In this document: positions 9,740-19,024 of the stretch, piece after piece | Position numbering within the stretch: the first letter of the stretch is position 1 | How the letters are laid out: the number at the start of each line of letters is the position of its first letter | From: Candidatus Margulisiibacteriota bacterium | GTDB lineage: Bacteria > Margulisbacteria > Marinamargulisbacteria > JBFWNS01 | Assembly: GCA_050250935.1 (NCBI GenBank) | Contig: JBFWNS010000002.1 | Location: 1-64,000 of the forward strand | Direction: 5' to 3' | Length of the DNA: 64,000 nt | The notes under the pieces: model-generated | Database searches by the model: none | Told to the model about the DNA's origin: nothing | The model's input: the letters and a program-made list of their open reading frames with translations, nothing else | Position numbers and translations under genes: made by a program

Positions 9740-11089
9740 TTACTCAGCTTGTTCTTTCAATTTAACGGTTAAGACTAGCCGACCTTGCTTTACAGCAAGA
9801 ACCTTAAAATTTGTTCCTGGACGGAAAATAACTTCTTCTTCTCGAGGGTACTTTGAAAAAGGGAAAACTTCCACCCCACTTTGGCCTTCGATTTTAAAAC
9901 GGAGATCTCCATAATTGGATGCAACCCTTGGGTCTCGTGAGGTGCTAAAAAAAGCTGCCTCCCGCACAACAGCGCCCGGCACATACCGGTTTCTATTTTC
10001 TGCGGTCAAAGTGGTCCCTCGATAGCTACGCCCTGGTTTCGAAGGCAAGGTGTTTAAAGCATGCGCCATTAATCGAATTAAGTGTAAGCCACCCAAAACA
10101 TGATGTGATTCTTCTCGCTCGGCTTCGGATGATGGCCGATAGCCTCCCAAGAGACTGTTGACCAAATGAAACACCAACTTACCTGTATAAAACCCGATGC
10201 CCAACCCAGGACCAAACCCCAGCTTCTGGATGGTTGCCGATGTATGGAATCTGCCTTGCAAAAAATTCCAAAGGGTGGACTTCCCTTCAACGACACTGTT
10301 TTGGGACATCCAAACCACAAACCCAATTCGTTCAGACAGGGTCGTTTGAGTTTGTTTAAAATCGACCTGCTGCATCAACTCCGAAACCGATACGCCTTTC
10401 TCGGCCAAAAAAATACGTCGACCTATGACTTTAGCGGCGGGGTTTGTCAAAACATCATCCAGGCCAAAGGGAACACCTCTTTGCAACAATCGAATGCGTT
10501 CTTGGGCTCGATTTTCTTCCACGGCCAGATCTGCTTTTCGGTTCGCGATATAAGTATCTGGAATAACACCCGATACGAAAAGTCTGGCGTAAAAGACTTG
10601 GCACTCTTTTTTTGCAGTATCCAGTGCTTCTTGTTTCTGAACGTCACTGAAAGCTTGAATGATTTGATCTTCACTTGCAAGCAGCATCTGGAGGGGTTGC
10701 ATCCGGTTCAGACAATCCGACATCCACGCATCCAAACGACTCAAAAATTCGGTCATCCCCTTGATTCGCGCTGGATGATGTGATTCATACCGCTGCGCTT
10801 CGACAAACAAAGCATTGCCCATCAGTTGACGAATAGACTTTAGATGTTTTTCAAACTCATTTGGCGATAAACGGCCCGAAAGAGCTTTCTGGGCAATCGT
10901 CGGCAACCTGTGCAGCCAGGACTTCACCAGGTCATCCGCTTCATTCAAGGGTGCTGATCGTGGAAAAAAAACATTTCGGGCTGATAGGGCTTTATAGTCT
11001 GCAAAAGACGGCAGCTGAAGCCCCTCGAACGTTGGAAAAACAAAGGGCGCTGAAACCGCAATAAACCGATACTGAACAAAAAACCCCAT
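9740..11089 (-). CDS. ADP-ribosyltransferase (R-S-E/ARTC clade) domain protein, putative toxin/effector
   Basis: C-terminal SYRGT, FFSTS and FSKYPREEEVIF.PGT.FKV motifs; helical N-terminal region; no signal peptide. Confidence 0.8.
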   Translation of the reverse strand: MGFFVQYRFIAVSAPFVFPTFEGLQLPSFADYKALSARNVFFPRSAPLNEADDLVKSWLHRLPTIAQKALSGRLSPNEFEKHLKSIRQLMGNALFVEAQRYESHHPARIKGMTEFLSRLDAWMSDCLNRMQPLQMLLASEDQIIQAFSDVQKQEALDTAKKECQVFYARLFVSGVIPDTYIANRKADLAVEENRAQERIRLLQRGVPFGLDDVLTNPAAKVIGRRIFLAEKGVSVSELMQQVDFKQTQTTLSERIGFVVWMSQNSVVEGKSTLWNFLQGRFHTSATIQKLGFGPGLGIGFYTGKLVFHLVNSLLGGYRPSSEAEREESHHVLGGLHLIRLMAHALNTLPSKPGRSYRGTTLTAENRNRYVPGAVVREAAFFSTSRDPRVASNYGDLRFKIEGQSGVEVFPFSKYPREEEVIFRPGTNFKVLAVKQGRLVLTVKLKEQAE

Positions 11090-11117
11090 GGTTCCCCAGT
11101 TTTTCTATTTTTGTTAG

Positions 11118-11145
11118 TTATCGGAATGCTTGCTTTTAAATTGCA
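11118..11145 (-). promoter_or_regulatory. FliA/sigma28-like promoter for the ART gene
   Basis: Minus strand TGCAA-N15-TCCGATAA, ~30 nt upstream of ATG 11089. Confidence 0.65.
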
Positions 11146-11212
11146 GTTTGATTGTACGGGGTTTTTAGGCCTCTGCGGGGAGGAAAGGCAAACTTGCTTT
11201 GGCTTTCCGATA

Positions 11213-11310
11213 CAAAAATGCTTGTCATTTTTGTTTAAAAATCTTTAGCGAGCCGCTTTGGATTTACTCCAATGTTGCGACTCAAAAATGCAGTGCATTT
11301 TTGTTTAAAA
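11213..11310. repeat. Two copies of a palindromic 28-bp unit, 70-bp period
   Basis: CAAAAATG-CTTGT-CATTTTTG-TTTAAAA (11213-11240) and CAAAAATG-CAGTG-CATTTTTG-TTTAAAA (11283-11310). Confidence 0.75.
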
Positions 11311-11314
11311 TCGT

Positions 11315-11388
<74 letters not shown>

Positions 11389-11428
11389 CCTACTTAAGAA
11401 AGGGATGCACATCATAGCCCAGATCAGG

Positions 11429-12091
11429 CTATTTTGAAAAGGCGTTGAGGCGGGCGATGTCTTCGGGATAGGTGATTTTGAGGTTTTGAGCATCGCCTGG
11501 CACTGCAATCACAGGCACCCCTGCCCTTTCCAATAAACCCGCTTCGTCGGTAAAATCCCCTTGAACGGTTTGATAGGCCCGTTTGAGTTCGGCCACATGA
11601 AAAGCTTGTGGGGTTTGGACATGAAACAGCTTTTCGCGAGGCAAGGTTTCTTTAACAATACCGTTTTCAATCAGTTTAATGGTATCCACCACAGGACTGA
11701 CGGGAATGAGGGCCCGGCAATGACCGGTTTTTTGGACAATTCGGTCGATAAGATCTGGCGAAACATTGGGACGAGCTGCATCGTGGATTAACACCCCATC
11801 GATGCCAGGCGATAGGGTTTGAACTGCCTTTTTAACCGATTCAAACCGAGTGGTGCCACCGGAAATAACCCGAAACGGGAAGGGCCAGGTTAAATCGCTT
11901 AGTTGCGATTGAAATTGGGTTACCCGATCCGCATCGGCGGTGACGATGGTTTCTTCAAAGGGGAACTCAAAAAAAGCCGAACAGCTGTGAGCCAAAACCG
12001 ACTTCCCCTTCCACTGCAACAACAGTTTATGAATGTCGCCCCCAAACCGGGTTCCACTGCCAGCGGCGGTGATGATCAGGGCCAGCCTCAT
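11429..12091 (-). CDS. ispD: 2-C-methyl-D-erythritol 4-phosphate cytidylyltransferase
   Basis: AAGSGTRFG, GGTTRFESV, IHDAARP, DTIK, QTPQAF, TDEA, NLKITYPED. Confidence 0.95.
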   Translation of the reverse strand: MRLALIITAAGSGTRFGGDIHKLLLQWKGKSVLAHSCSAFFEFPFEETIVTADADRVTQFQSQLSDLTWPFPFRVISGGTTRFESVKKAVQTLSPGIDGVLIHDAARPNVSPDLIDRIVQKTGHCRALIPVSPVVDTIKLIENGIVKETLPREKLFHVQTPQAFHVAELKRAYQTVQGDFTDEAGLLERAGVPVIAVPGDAQNLKITYPEDIARLNAFSK

Positions 12092-12429
12092 AATAATTCC
12101 AACTTGATGGTTGAACCCAAACGAGACAGTTGCAACAGCGAACTTCGGTGCCAGTCCACTTCTTTTTTGGCCAAAATGGACAGGGTAATGCCCAGACTTC
12201 GGGCTAGAATCATAACCCGGGCCAAGGCAACAAGGCCGTTCAGATTTACCTGGATTAACTGGGTAAAATCCAAAACAACCCGTGTGCGACCCGGCAAAAA
12301 GTCACTAAGCGGTTTTAAAAATTTTTGATATTGATCTTGAGATGGAAACCCAAGCTCGCCAACAAAGGTCGCGGTTTGAGCCGATTCATCAAGGACGATG
12401 GAACATTGATCCGATTGCCAGTGCGTCAT
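12088..12429 (-). CDS. STAS-like (slr1659-type) protein
   Basis: LDFTQLIQVNLNGLVAL core and W..SSL.QL.RL...IKLE tail. Confidence 0.55.
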   Translation of the reverse strand: MTHWQSDQCSIVLDESAQTATFVGELGFPSQDQYQKFLKPLSDFLPGRTRVVLDFTQLIQVNLNGLVALARVMILARSLGITLSILAKKEVDWHRSSLLQLSRLGSTIKLELL

Positions 12430-12443
12430 GGTCGAGTTGTCCT

Positions 12444-15299
12444 TTATTGCGATGTTTGCCCCATTAAATCACGTTCAAAAAAACGACAATATAGTTCTGA
12501 ATCCGTTCCGGAGGCCCCATTATGACGCAGATTGTGGGCATAGCCAATGGTCACTGGAAACCGAACAGGCCCTACCAACACGGCCGCTCGAATCTCGATG
12601 CCGGCGTTCACAAACACATCAGACCGAGCCACACTCCAATCCCCATCCCAGACCGAACCGGATTCTACAAAAACCCCTAGGCCCAAATTTTGGCGTAGCA
12701 GGGACTGAATCCAACCAGCCTCTTGGCGATATTCAAACGGCATAAACACCATGGCCGATGCCGCGATCTTTTTATTCCCCAATTTGGATCTGGAAAGCCC
12801 TCGAAAATCGGCTTCGTTATAGGCCAAATAACTGGGCAATCGCTGGCCATAACCTGCTTCGAAGTGAGGCAAAAACCACAGGTTGGGGAACAACCGCCAG
12901 ACCGCATCCACTTGATCCTCCACACGAAAAAAGGTTTTCCCCTGGGGGGTGGATGCCCCATCCAAACGAAGATAGCCCCGGTCCAAGGTTAAGGGGTGGT
13001 CATAGCTTAGGGCCAGAAAGCCACCGTAGTAGGGATCGGTTCCCAGGCTTTCCAAGCGTCTTAGGCCCAGATCCAGCGTCCACAAGGCTGCCATGGTTTT
13101 GCCATAGTGCCCCGATTCGATGGCCTGCCACAGGGGCAAACGAGTGGACAATTGGGTATCCCACCACTGCCTAAAATCATAGACCTGGCTCAGAGACCAA
13201 TTTGCCCCCCTGCCCCACAAACCCGTATAGCTGGCCCCAACCACCCATGCCGAGGTTCCGGTATCAGACAAGCCCGAAAACAGCTGGGCTTTGTAGGTTA
13301 AATCGTTGGTTTGCCTAAGCTGAAGCCCGGTGATGGTCCCCATGCCCCCGCCAAGGGTCTCCCAGAAAGGGTAAACGCCCAGTAAGGTTTCTTGGCCTGG
13401 CTTTCTGTCTTTTAAATTTCCCAACCCCAGCCCATTAAATCGGAAGGGAGTTTCAGTGCCATTGTTGAGTCGGTTGGTTTCGGCAAAGGTAATGTCGTCG
13501 TTAATGCTGACGGATTGAACCGGAGATGACCCCGAAAAATAGACCTCGTCGCCATCTTGGGCATCGGAAATTTTTCGCTGTTCACGGCTTCCGTCTTGAT
13601 GCACAACCGTCACCACCACAGTGGTGGGAGCAAATCCCTTTTTACCAATCACAACCCTGGCAAACAAATCGGATTTATAGGCCCTTTGATCAATACGACG
13701 AATAAACAAATCCAGTTTAGGGGCTGTGTAGAACCACTCTCTAAAAAACCCGTTTAACCCCTGCCCAGACTGTTGTTCAACGGCACGTTGCAACCCTTCG
13801 AGATGGGCTTCTTGGTGGTCGTATATTGAAAAATACTGCCGCAAAGCCCGATCAAATTGGGGTCTCTCGACTTTGTTTTCCAAAGCCAAAAAGGCCAAAA
13901 ATCCTTGGGTATTGGTGCGGTAAAACCGATGGCGCGTATAAGTATCCTCGTTTAAGGCAACCAAGGGCTCTGTCCAACCATCTTGCGCAACTTTAAGGGC
14001 TTCCCATTGGGCGGCATCGACATCATTCCAAACGGCGGGAATGCCCGTAAAATCGGCTCCTGCCAAAACCAACTGACCCGAAAAACCCGTCTCTGGAACC
14101 CACAAATTGGCTGTAGGGCCATAGGTGTATTCGAAATAACGATGGGCCATATAGGACGCCAAACCGCCAGACAAGGCCGCTTCGGTTTGCGCATCTACCC
14201 TGGCCGATACCCCAGCCCATTGATGGGCTACGGACCTAGCAATTTCCCAATGCGACAAACGCTCAAAAACGCCAACCCCTGTAAAATCGGCACAATCAAA
14301 AACCCTTTCCCCCAGAAATATCATGCCATCTTCTGCGATGCCGGCAAATTTTTCGCCGGGTACTTGAACCAAGGTCAATTGTTCTTGGGGATAGGGGCCA
14401 AATTGCGATTGGTAATAGTTGAGAGCTTTTTTGGCTTCAGCCACAAACAGGTCGGGATGGACCTTGTCTTTTGAAAACAACTGTAGCGTGATTCCTGCCG
14501 ACATTGCCGTCGTTTTTTGGTATCCCCGTAACAGGGCAAAAGACCACCACACAAAGGGCTTTTGGGGACGAAATTCTTGGCAGATTTGACCTTCTTTTTC
14601 GGTTTCTTTGGTTGGGAATAGAGGGAAAGCCCCTTGAAAGGTTTTGGGATAGACCATGGTAACCGATTCAAACGCTTGGCCGGCCGTGACTGCTTCGTTA
14701 AGCCGCCACCCATTTTTGTCGTAGGCCGCAAGGGTGGGATACCAATCTTGCATGGCCCCGCAAGACGCAGAGGATCGCCACACAGGGGTTTTGGCGGCAA
14801 AAACATCGATCACCTTGGGCAGAGCCGTTGTAAACCCAATTTGCAGGGAAACCGAATCCCCAGGATACACATATTCGGGCAACAAAATCTTGACCAGATT
14901 CCCAGCATTGGCAAAGCGTTGTCGCTTTAAAAACGGGGTTTCATCCAAACTCTGATAGCGCAAAGACCACCCTTTTTCGCTGGTGCAAGACAAAATCTTT
15001 ACCCCCGTGGATTGAAAGCCGCCCTCAAAGCCAGCATCGTTTAGGACGGGGTTATTAAAGGGATTTGGGGCATCGCTTTGGTTATTCACCCACAGATACA
15101 CCTCTTTGACGGGTTTTTTAAACGGGTTAATCCAGGTGATTTTCTCTGTTCCCACAATGTGGGTCTCGTTGATGGTGACGGACAACGACACAACCGGAAG
15201 CGTGTTTAAAGGCTCCTGCGCTTGGACAGCGGGAACCACCAACATCCAGAGTCCAAAGCCAATACAAAGGCGAAAAAGGGGCTTCAATAGCCCCATCAT
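12444..15299 (-). CDS. Exported M1-aminopeptidase-like protein with degenerate zinc site and C-terminal beta-barrel-like region
   Basis: Signal peptide; I.G.E.I.W.N, DWYP, FGPYP, AHQW, FFREWF; alternating aromatic/Gly strands in the last ~330 aa. Confidence 0.7.
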   Translation of the reverse strand: MMGLLKPLFRLCIGFGLWMLVVPAVQAQEPLNTLPVVSLSVTINETHIVGTEKITWINPFKKPVKEVYLWVNNQSDAPNPFNNPVLNDAGFEGGFQSTGVKILSCTSEKGWSLRYQSLDETPFLKRQRFANAGNLVKILLPEYVYPGDSVSLQIGFTTALPKVIDVFAAKTPVWRSSASCGAMQDWYPTLAAYDKNGWRLNEAVTAGQAFESVTMVYPKTFQGAFPLFPTKETEKEGQICQEFRPQKPFVWWSFALLRGYQKTTAMSAGITLQLFSKDKVHPDLFVAEAKKALNYYQSQFGPYPQEQLTLVQVPGEKFAGIAEDGMIFLGERVFDCADFTGVGVFERLSHWEIARSVAHQWAGVSARVDAQTEAALSGGLASYMAHRYFEYTYGPTANLWVPETGFSGQLVLAGADFTGIPAVWNDVDAAQWEALKVAQDGWTEPLVALNEDTYTRHRFYRTNTQGFLAFLALENKVERPQFDRALRQYFSIYDHQEAHLEGLQRAVEQQSGQGLNGFFREWFYTAPKLDLFIRRIDQRAYKSDLFARVVIGKKGFAPTTVVVTVVHQDGSREQRKISDAQDGDEVYFSGSSPVQSVSINDDITFAETNRLNNGTETPFRFNGLGLGNLKDRKPGQETLLGVYPFWETLGGGMGTITGLQLRQTNDLTYKAQLFSGLSDTGTSAWVVGASYTGLWGRGANWSLSQVYDFRQWWDTQLSTRLPLWQAIESGHYGKTMAALWTLDLGLRRLESLGTDPYYGGFLALSYDHPLTLDRGYLRLDGASTPQGKTFFRVEDQVDAVWRLFPNLWFLPHFEAGYGQRLPSYLAYNEADFRGLSRSKLGNKKIAASAMVFMPFEYRQEAGWIQSLLRQNLGLGVFVESGSVWDGDWSVARSDVFVNAGIEIRAAVLVGPVRFPVTIGYAHNLRHNGASGTDSELYCRFFERDLMGQTSQ

Positions 15300-16510
15300 T
15301 TGGCCCCTTGCGCGTACAAAAAGCTGGCCAATCTGGAATGCCCTCTTAAGCCCACCAAATGCAAGGGCGTGTCTCCAAACTGATCCCCGACATTCAACTG
15401 GGCACCGCGATGAACCAACAATTCTGCAATCTCATCGTTTTCGGTTTGGGCAGCCCAATGGAGAGGGGTTCTGCCAAAAACATCCAAAACATTAAGCTCG
15501 ACACCCGTCCCTAAAAGCCATTCAACGCTTTTAAAATGCCCAAAAATCACGGCCACATGCAAGGGCGTCCAACCGTAATAGTCTTTTTGGGTCAGGACTT
15601 CTTTGTTTTCTCCCAAGATTTGGACCATCTCGAAACGACCTTGAGAAACCGCCATATGAAAAGGCCCCACCCCTTCCCTTTCTTTTCGGAGGGGGTCTGA
15701 ACCGGAATTCAGCAGCAGCAAAAAAATCTTCAAAGAACCGCGATAGATAGCCCAGTGTAATGCTGTAAAGCCTTGGTTATCGGCGACATTGGGGTCTGCC
15801 CCTTTTTCGAGAAGAAAAGAAACCATTTCGGTGTTGCCGTAATAGACCATCCAATGCAAGGGTGTCCACCCGCCCTGGCCTTGAACATTGACTGGAAAAG
15901 ACCGGTCCACCAACAAGGGCAAATAGTCGGGATGGTTATAATAACAAGCCAAATAAACTGGGGATTCCTCTGCAGATTCGCCTTGCAAAATGGCCGTATC
16001 CCGACTGGCCAAAATGTAGTGAATCAAAGCTCCATGTCCTTTTTTGACCGCCCACAATAGCTTTTCCAAGGGGGTTTTACACTGATTCAATTGTGCTTCG
16101 TTTTCGAAATAAGCTTGCTTCCAGGTTTTAACAACCGATTTTTCGGCCCCAAACCGACCCTCGTATTGAATGCGCCAATCCCCATCCAATAAATGGTCAA
16201 ACAAAAAGGTTTTGATTTGAACAAACATGGCATTGTTATGGCGCTTGCCCCAGTCCTTTTGATTGGGCACCAATTTGGAAAAATAAAAGGGAATCGGATA
16301 GGACGCCACAATGCCTGTCCAAGCCTGGGCCAATCCCTCTCTAAATTCGAGGCTCGGTAACAAATCGATTTTTTTTCGAAACCCAAACAAACAACTCATA
16401 AAGCGTTTATAGGCCGTTGCATAGTCGCCCAACTCGAGACGTTCTTGGGCTTTAGCTAGCCATTTTTGAGGGTTATCAATGGCCTCGTAATGTTCGTGGG
16501 ACTCTGACAT
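15296..16510 (-). CDS. Ankyrin-repeat protein
   Basis: Repeated G.TPLH.A...G...L...GA motifs in the C-terminal half; ATG 16510 chosen to avoid overlap with lipA. Confidence 0.85.
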   Translation of the reverse strand: MSESHEHYEAIDNPQKWLAKAQERLELGDYATAYKRFMSCLFGFRKKIDLLPSLEFREGLAQAWTGIVASYPIPFYFSKLVPNQKDWGKRHNNAMFVQIKTFLFDHLLDGDWRIQYEGRFGAEKSVVKTWKQAYFENEAQLNQCKTPLEKLLWAVKKGHGALIHYILASRDTAILQGESAEESPVYLACYYNHPDYLPLLVDRSFPVNVQGQGGWTPLHWMVYYGNTEMVSFLLEKGADPNVADNQGFTALHWAIYRGSLKIFLLLLNSGSDPLRKEREGVGPFHMAVSQGRFEMVQILGENKEVLTQKDYYGWTPLHVAVIFGHFKSVEWLLGTGVELNVLDVFGRTPLHWAAQTENDEIAELLVHRGAQLNVGDQFGDTPLHLVGLRGHSRLASFLYAQGAK

Positions 16511-16563
16511 GGCCCCATTGTAATGGTTCAAAAAAAGCCTGTCATCCGGTAGAATCAAAGGCC

Positions 16564-17457
16564 ATGACTTCACAACGACTCCCCGAATGGCTTCGGCCCT
16601 CCAGAAGCAAACGACAAGCCACACTGGCCCTGTCTCAAAAACTCAACATGGACGTTCCAAATAGCATTTGCCAAGAGGCGCGTTGCCCAAATCGCAGCGA
16701 ATGCTTTGCCAAAGGGGTTCTTACCTTCATGATCTTGGGAACCATTTGCACCCGAAATTGTGGGTTTTGCAGCGTGGCCCATGGCATGCCCTTGGCGCCC
16801 AACACCTTGGAAATTGATCAAATTTTAAAATCCATCGAAACCTTAAATCTACGGTTTGTGGTACTAACCTCACCCAACCGAGACGACCTTAAAGATGGGG
16901 GCTCTCAACACTATGCCAAGCTGATTTCCGCCATTAAATCTCGGTTTCCAGCCGTCAAAGTCGAGGTTTTGATCCCCGATTTTCAAGGCGATATGGATCT
17001 TGTCAAAACCGTTGTTGAAGCTGGGCCCGATGTGTTGAATCACAATTTGGAAACGGTTCCTTCCTTATATAAAACCGTTCGCAAAGGGTCTTTATACCAC
17101 CGTTCCATGGCTGTTTTGACCGAAACCAAAAAACAATACCCATCCCTCTTAACCAAAACCGGGCTGATGGTCGGCCTTGGCGAAACCACCGAAGAACTCC
17201 AAGACGTGTTTACCGACATTAGTGCTGCAGGCGTCGATATTTTGACTCTCGGCCAATACCTCAAACCCGATCGCAACAATTTGGATGTGGTTCGCTATTA
17301 CCACCCAGACGAATTTAAATCTTTGCAAAAAGCTGCCGAAAACGCTGGCATTCGCTATGTTTTCTCTGGCCCCTTGGTTCGCAGTTCGTTTTTGGCCGAA
17401 CACGTTTTTGATGATCTTCATGGAAAGGAAAATCCCTTTGCTTACACCGTTGCTTAA
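16564..17457 (+). CDS. lipA: Lipoyl synthase
   Basis: CQEARCPNRSEC, CTRNCGFC, RDDLKDGG, NHNLETV, LVRSS. Confidence 0.97.
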   Translation: MTSQRLPEWLRPSRSKRQATLALSQKLNMDVPNSICQEARCPNRSECFAKGVLTFMILGTICTRNCGFCSVAHGMPLAPNTLEIDQILKSIETLNLRFVVLTSPNRDDLKDGGSQHYAKLISAIKSRFPAVKVEVLIPDFQGDMDLVKTVVEAGPDVLNHNLETVPSLYKTVRKGSLYHRSMAVLTETKKQYPSLLTKTGLMVGLGETTEELQDVFTDISAAGVDILTLGQYLKPDRNNLDVVRYYHPDEFKSLQKAAENAGIRYVFSGPLVRSSFLAEHVFDDLHGKENPFAYTVA

Positions 17458-18031
17458 CCCCATTTTGGGCGTCTGTTTGTTTTCGTATCTGCTGGGATCA
17501 ATTCCCTTTGCCTTGATCGTGAGTCGGGCCAAGGGCGTGGATTTGCGTAAAGTTGGCTCTGGGAATCTGGGTGCCACCAATGTCTATCGGGCCATGGGCT
17601 TGGGTTACGCGCTATTGGTCTTTGGCTTGGATGCTATCAAGGGCTACATCCCGGTGATGATTGCTTTGAATCATTTCGAGTCGCCCTGGGTGCATATTTT
17701 GATTGGGTTTTGCGCCATTGTGGGGCATAGCCTTTCGCCTTTTGTGAAATTCAAGGGAGGCAAAGGGGCCGCCACCGGACTGGGTGTTCTGTTGGCCATT
17801 AGCCCCGATGTTTGTGGCCTCGTTTTTGCTGTGGCCTTGATTCTGATTTTGGCGTTTCGCTATGTGGCCCCAGTGACCATTTTGTGCAGCGTTCTGACCC
17901 CCATTCTGCTCTGGGCTTTTGGGTATGCCCAGGAATATGTGGCGTTTGTAACCCTGATTTGTTTGTTTATTATCTACAGGCACCGCAGCAACATTGTTCG
18001 GCTGTTTCAAGGCAAAGAAAATCGAATCTAG
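17420..18031 (+). CDS. plsY: Glycerol-3-phosphate acyltransferase PlsY
   Basis: YLLGSIPF, GSGNLGATN, GH, FKGGKGAAT, H.SNI.RL..G.E; start approximate. Confidence 0.95.
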   Translation: MERKIPLLTPLLNPILGVCLFSYLLGSIPFALIVSRAKGVDLRKVGSGNLGATNVYRAMGLGYALLVFGLDAIKGYIPVMIALNHFESPWVHILIGFCAIVGHSLSPFVKFKGGKGAATGLGVLLAISPDVCGLVFAVALILILAFRYVAPVTILCSVLTPILLWAFGYAQEYVAFVTLICLFIIYRHRSNIVRLFQGKENRI

Positions 18032-19024
18032 ATGAACCATTTAACGGTTATTGGATGTGGCGCTTGGGCAACCACCATTGCAAAAGTCTTGGCCGAAAAC
18101 GGTCATGCCGTTACCCAATGGTGCCATCGCAGCGAATATGCACAAGCCATTAATGAAAAACACGAGAACACCAAGGCCTTGCCGGGCGTTGTCCTTCCAG
18201 CTTCCCTGAACGCAACCGAAGACCTTGGGGAAGCCTTGTCCAAAGCCGAGGGGTTGGTCATTGGATTGGCATCGGCTCATTTGCACACCGTCGAGCACAT
18301 CAAACCCTATTTCCAGGCAGAAGTGCCCGTTTTGAATTTATGCAAAGGGTTGGTGACCGGACAAAATCCGCCTTTTGCCTTGTCCTATTTGAACCGGGTT
18401 CTGGAAACCACCAACAGCTGTACCCTATCGGGCCCCAACCTGGCCCTTGAAATTGCTTCTCAAAAACCCGCTGCCTCTGTAGTGGCTGGGGATTCCGCAG
18501 CCGCGCATCGTTTTCAACACTGGCTTAGCAATCGGTATTTTCGCATTTATGTTTCGGACGATCCCCGTGGGGTCGAGGTGGGCGGCATTTTTAAAAATGC
18601 CCTGGCTATTGCAGCGGGTTTGGCCGACGGCCTTCAACTGGGTTCCAATGCCAAAGCCGCGCTTTTAACCCGAGGAATGATCGAAATGGTTCGTTTGGGA
18701 ACCCATCTGGGTGGCCAACCCGCCACCTTTTATGGGCTATCCGGCATCGGCGATCTGATTGCCACTTGCTCGTCGGACAAAAGCCGCAATTGGCAGGTCG
18801 GCCATGGGATTGCCTCGGGAACTTTTCCCTTACCAGCCAACCGAGATGCCCAAAACGGCCCCATTGCCGAAGGGGTTAAAACCGCCGCTGTTTTAAGTCG
18901 AATTGGCCACGAAGCGGGGTTGGATTTGCCCATTTTGTATGGCCTGGAATCGGTACTCTTTAAACAACAAAATCCCCTCGAGGTCATTCAAAGTTGGATG
19001 GGCCGAGATCTGAGGCACGAATGA
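18032..19024 (+). CDS. gpsA: NAD(P)H-dependent glycerol-3-phosphate dehydrogenase
   Basis: GCGAWAT, LSGPNLA.E, GVE.GG..KN, GLSGIGDL..TC.S..SRN, AEGV. Confidence 0.95.
   Translation: MNHLTVIGCGAWATTIAKVLAENGHAVTQWCHRSEYAQAINEKHENTKALPGVVLPASLNATEDLGEALSKAEGLVIGLASAHLHTVEHIKPYFQAEVPVLNLCKGLVTGQNPPFALSYLNRVLETTNSCTLSGPNLALEIASQKPAASVVAGDSAAAHRFQHWLSNRYFRIYVSDDPRGVEVGGIFKNALAIAAGLADGLQLGSNAKAALLTRGMIEMVRLGTHLGGQPATFYGLSGIGDLIATCSSDKSRNWQVGHGIASGTFPLPANRDAQNGPIAEGVKTAAVLSRIGHEAGLDLPILYGLESVLFKQQNPLEVIQSWMGRDLRHE

Noticed and set aside
11213..11310. Possible mini-CRISPR (28-bp repeat, 42-bp spacer)
   Set aside because: Only two non-identical copies and no cas genes in the window
16100..16200. F-box-like W...Y...F...WK..Y segment in the ankyrin protein
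   Set aside because: No recognisable F-box core upstream; too weak to call
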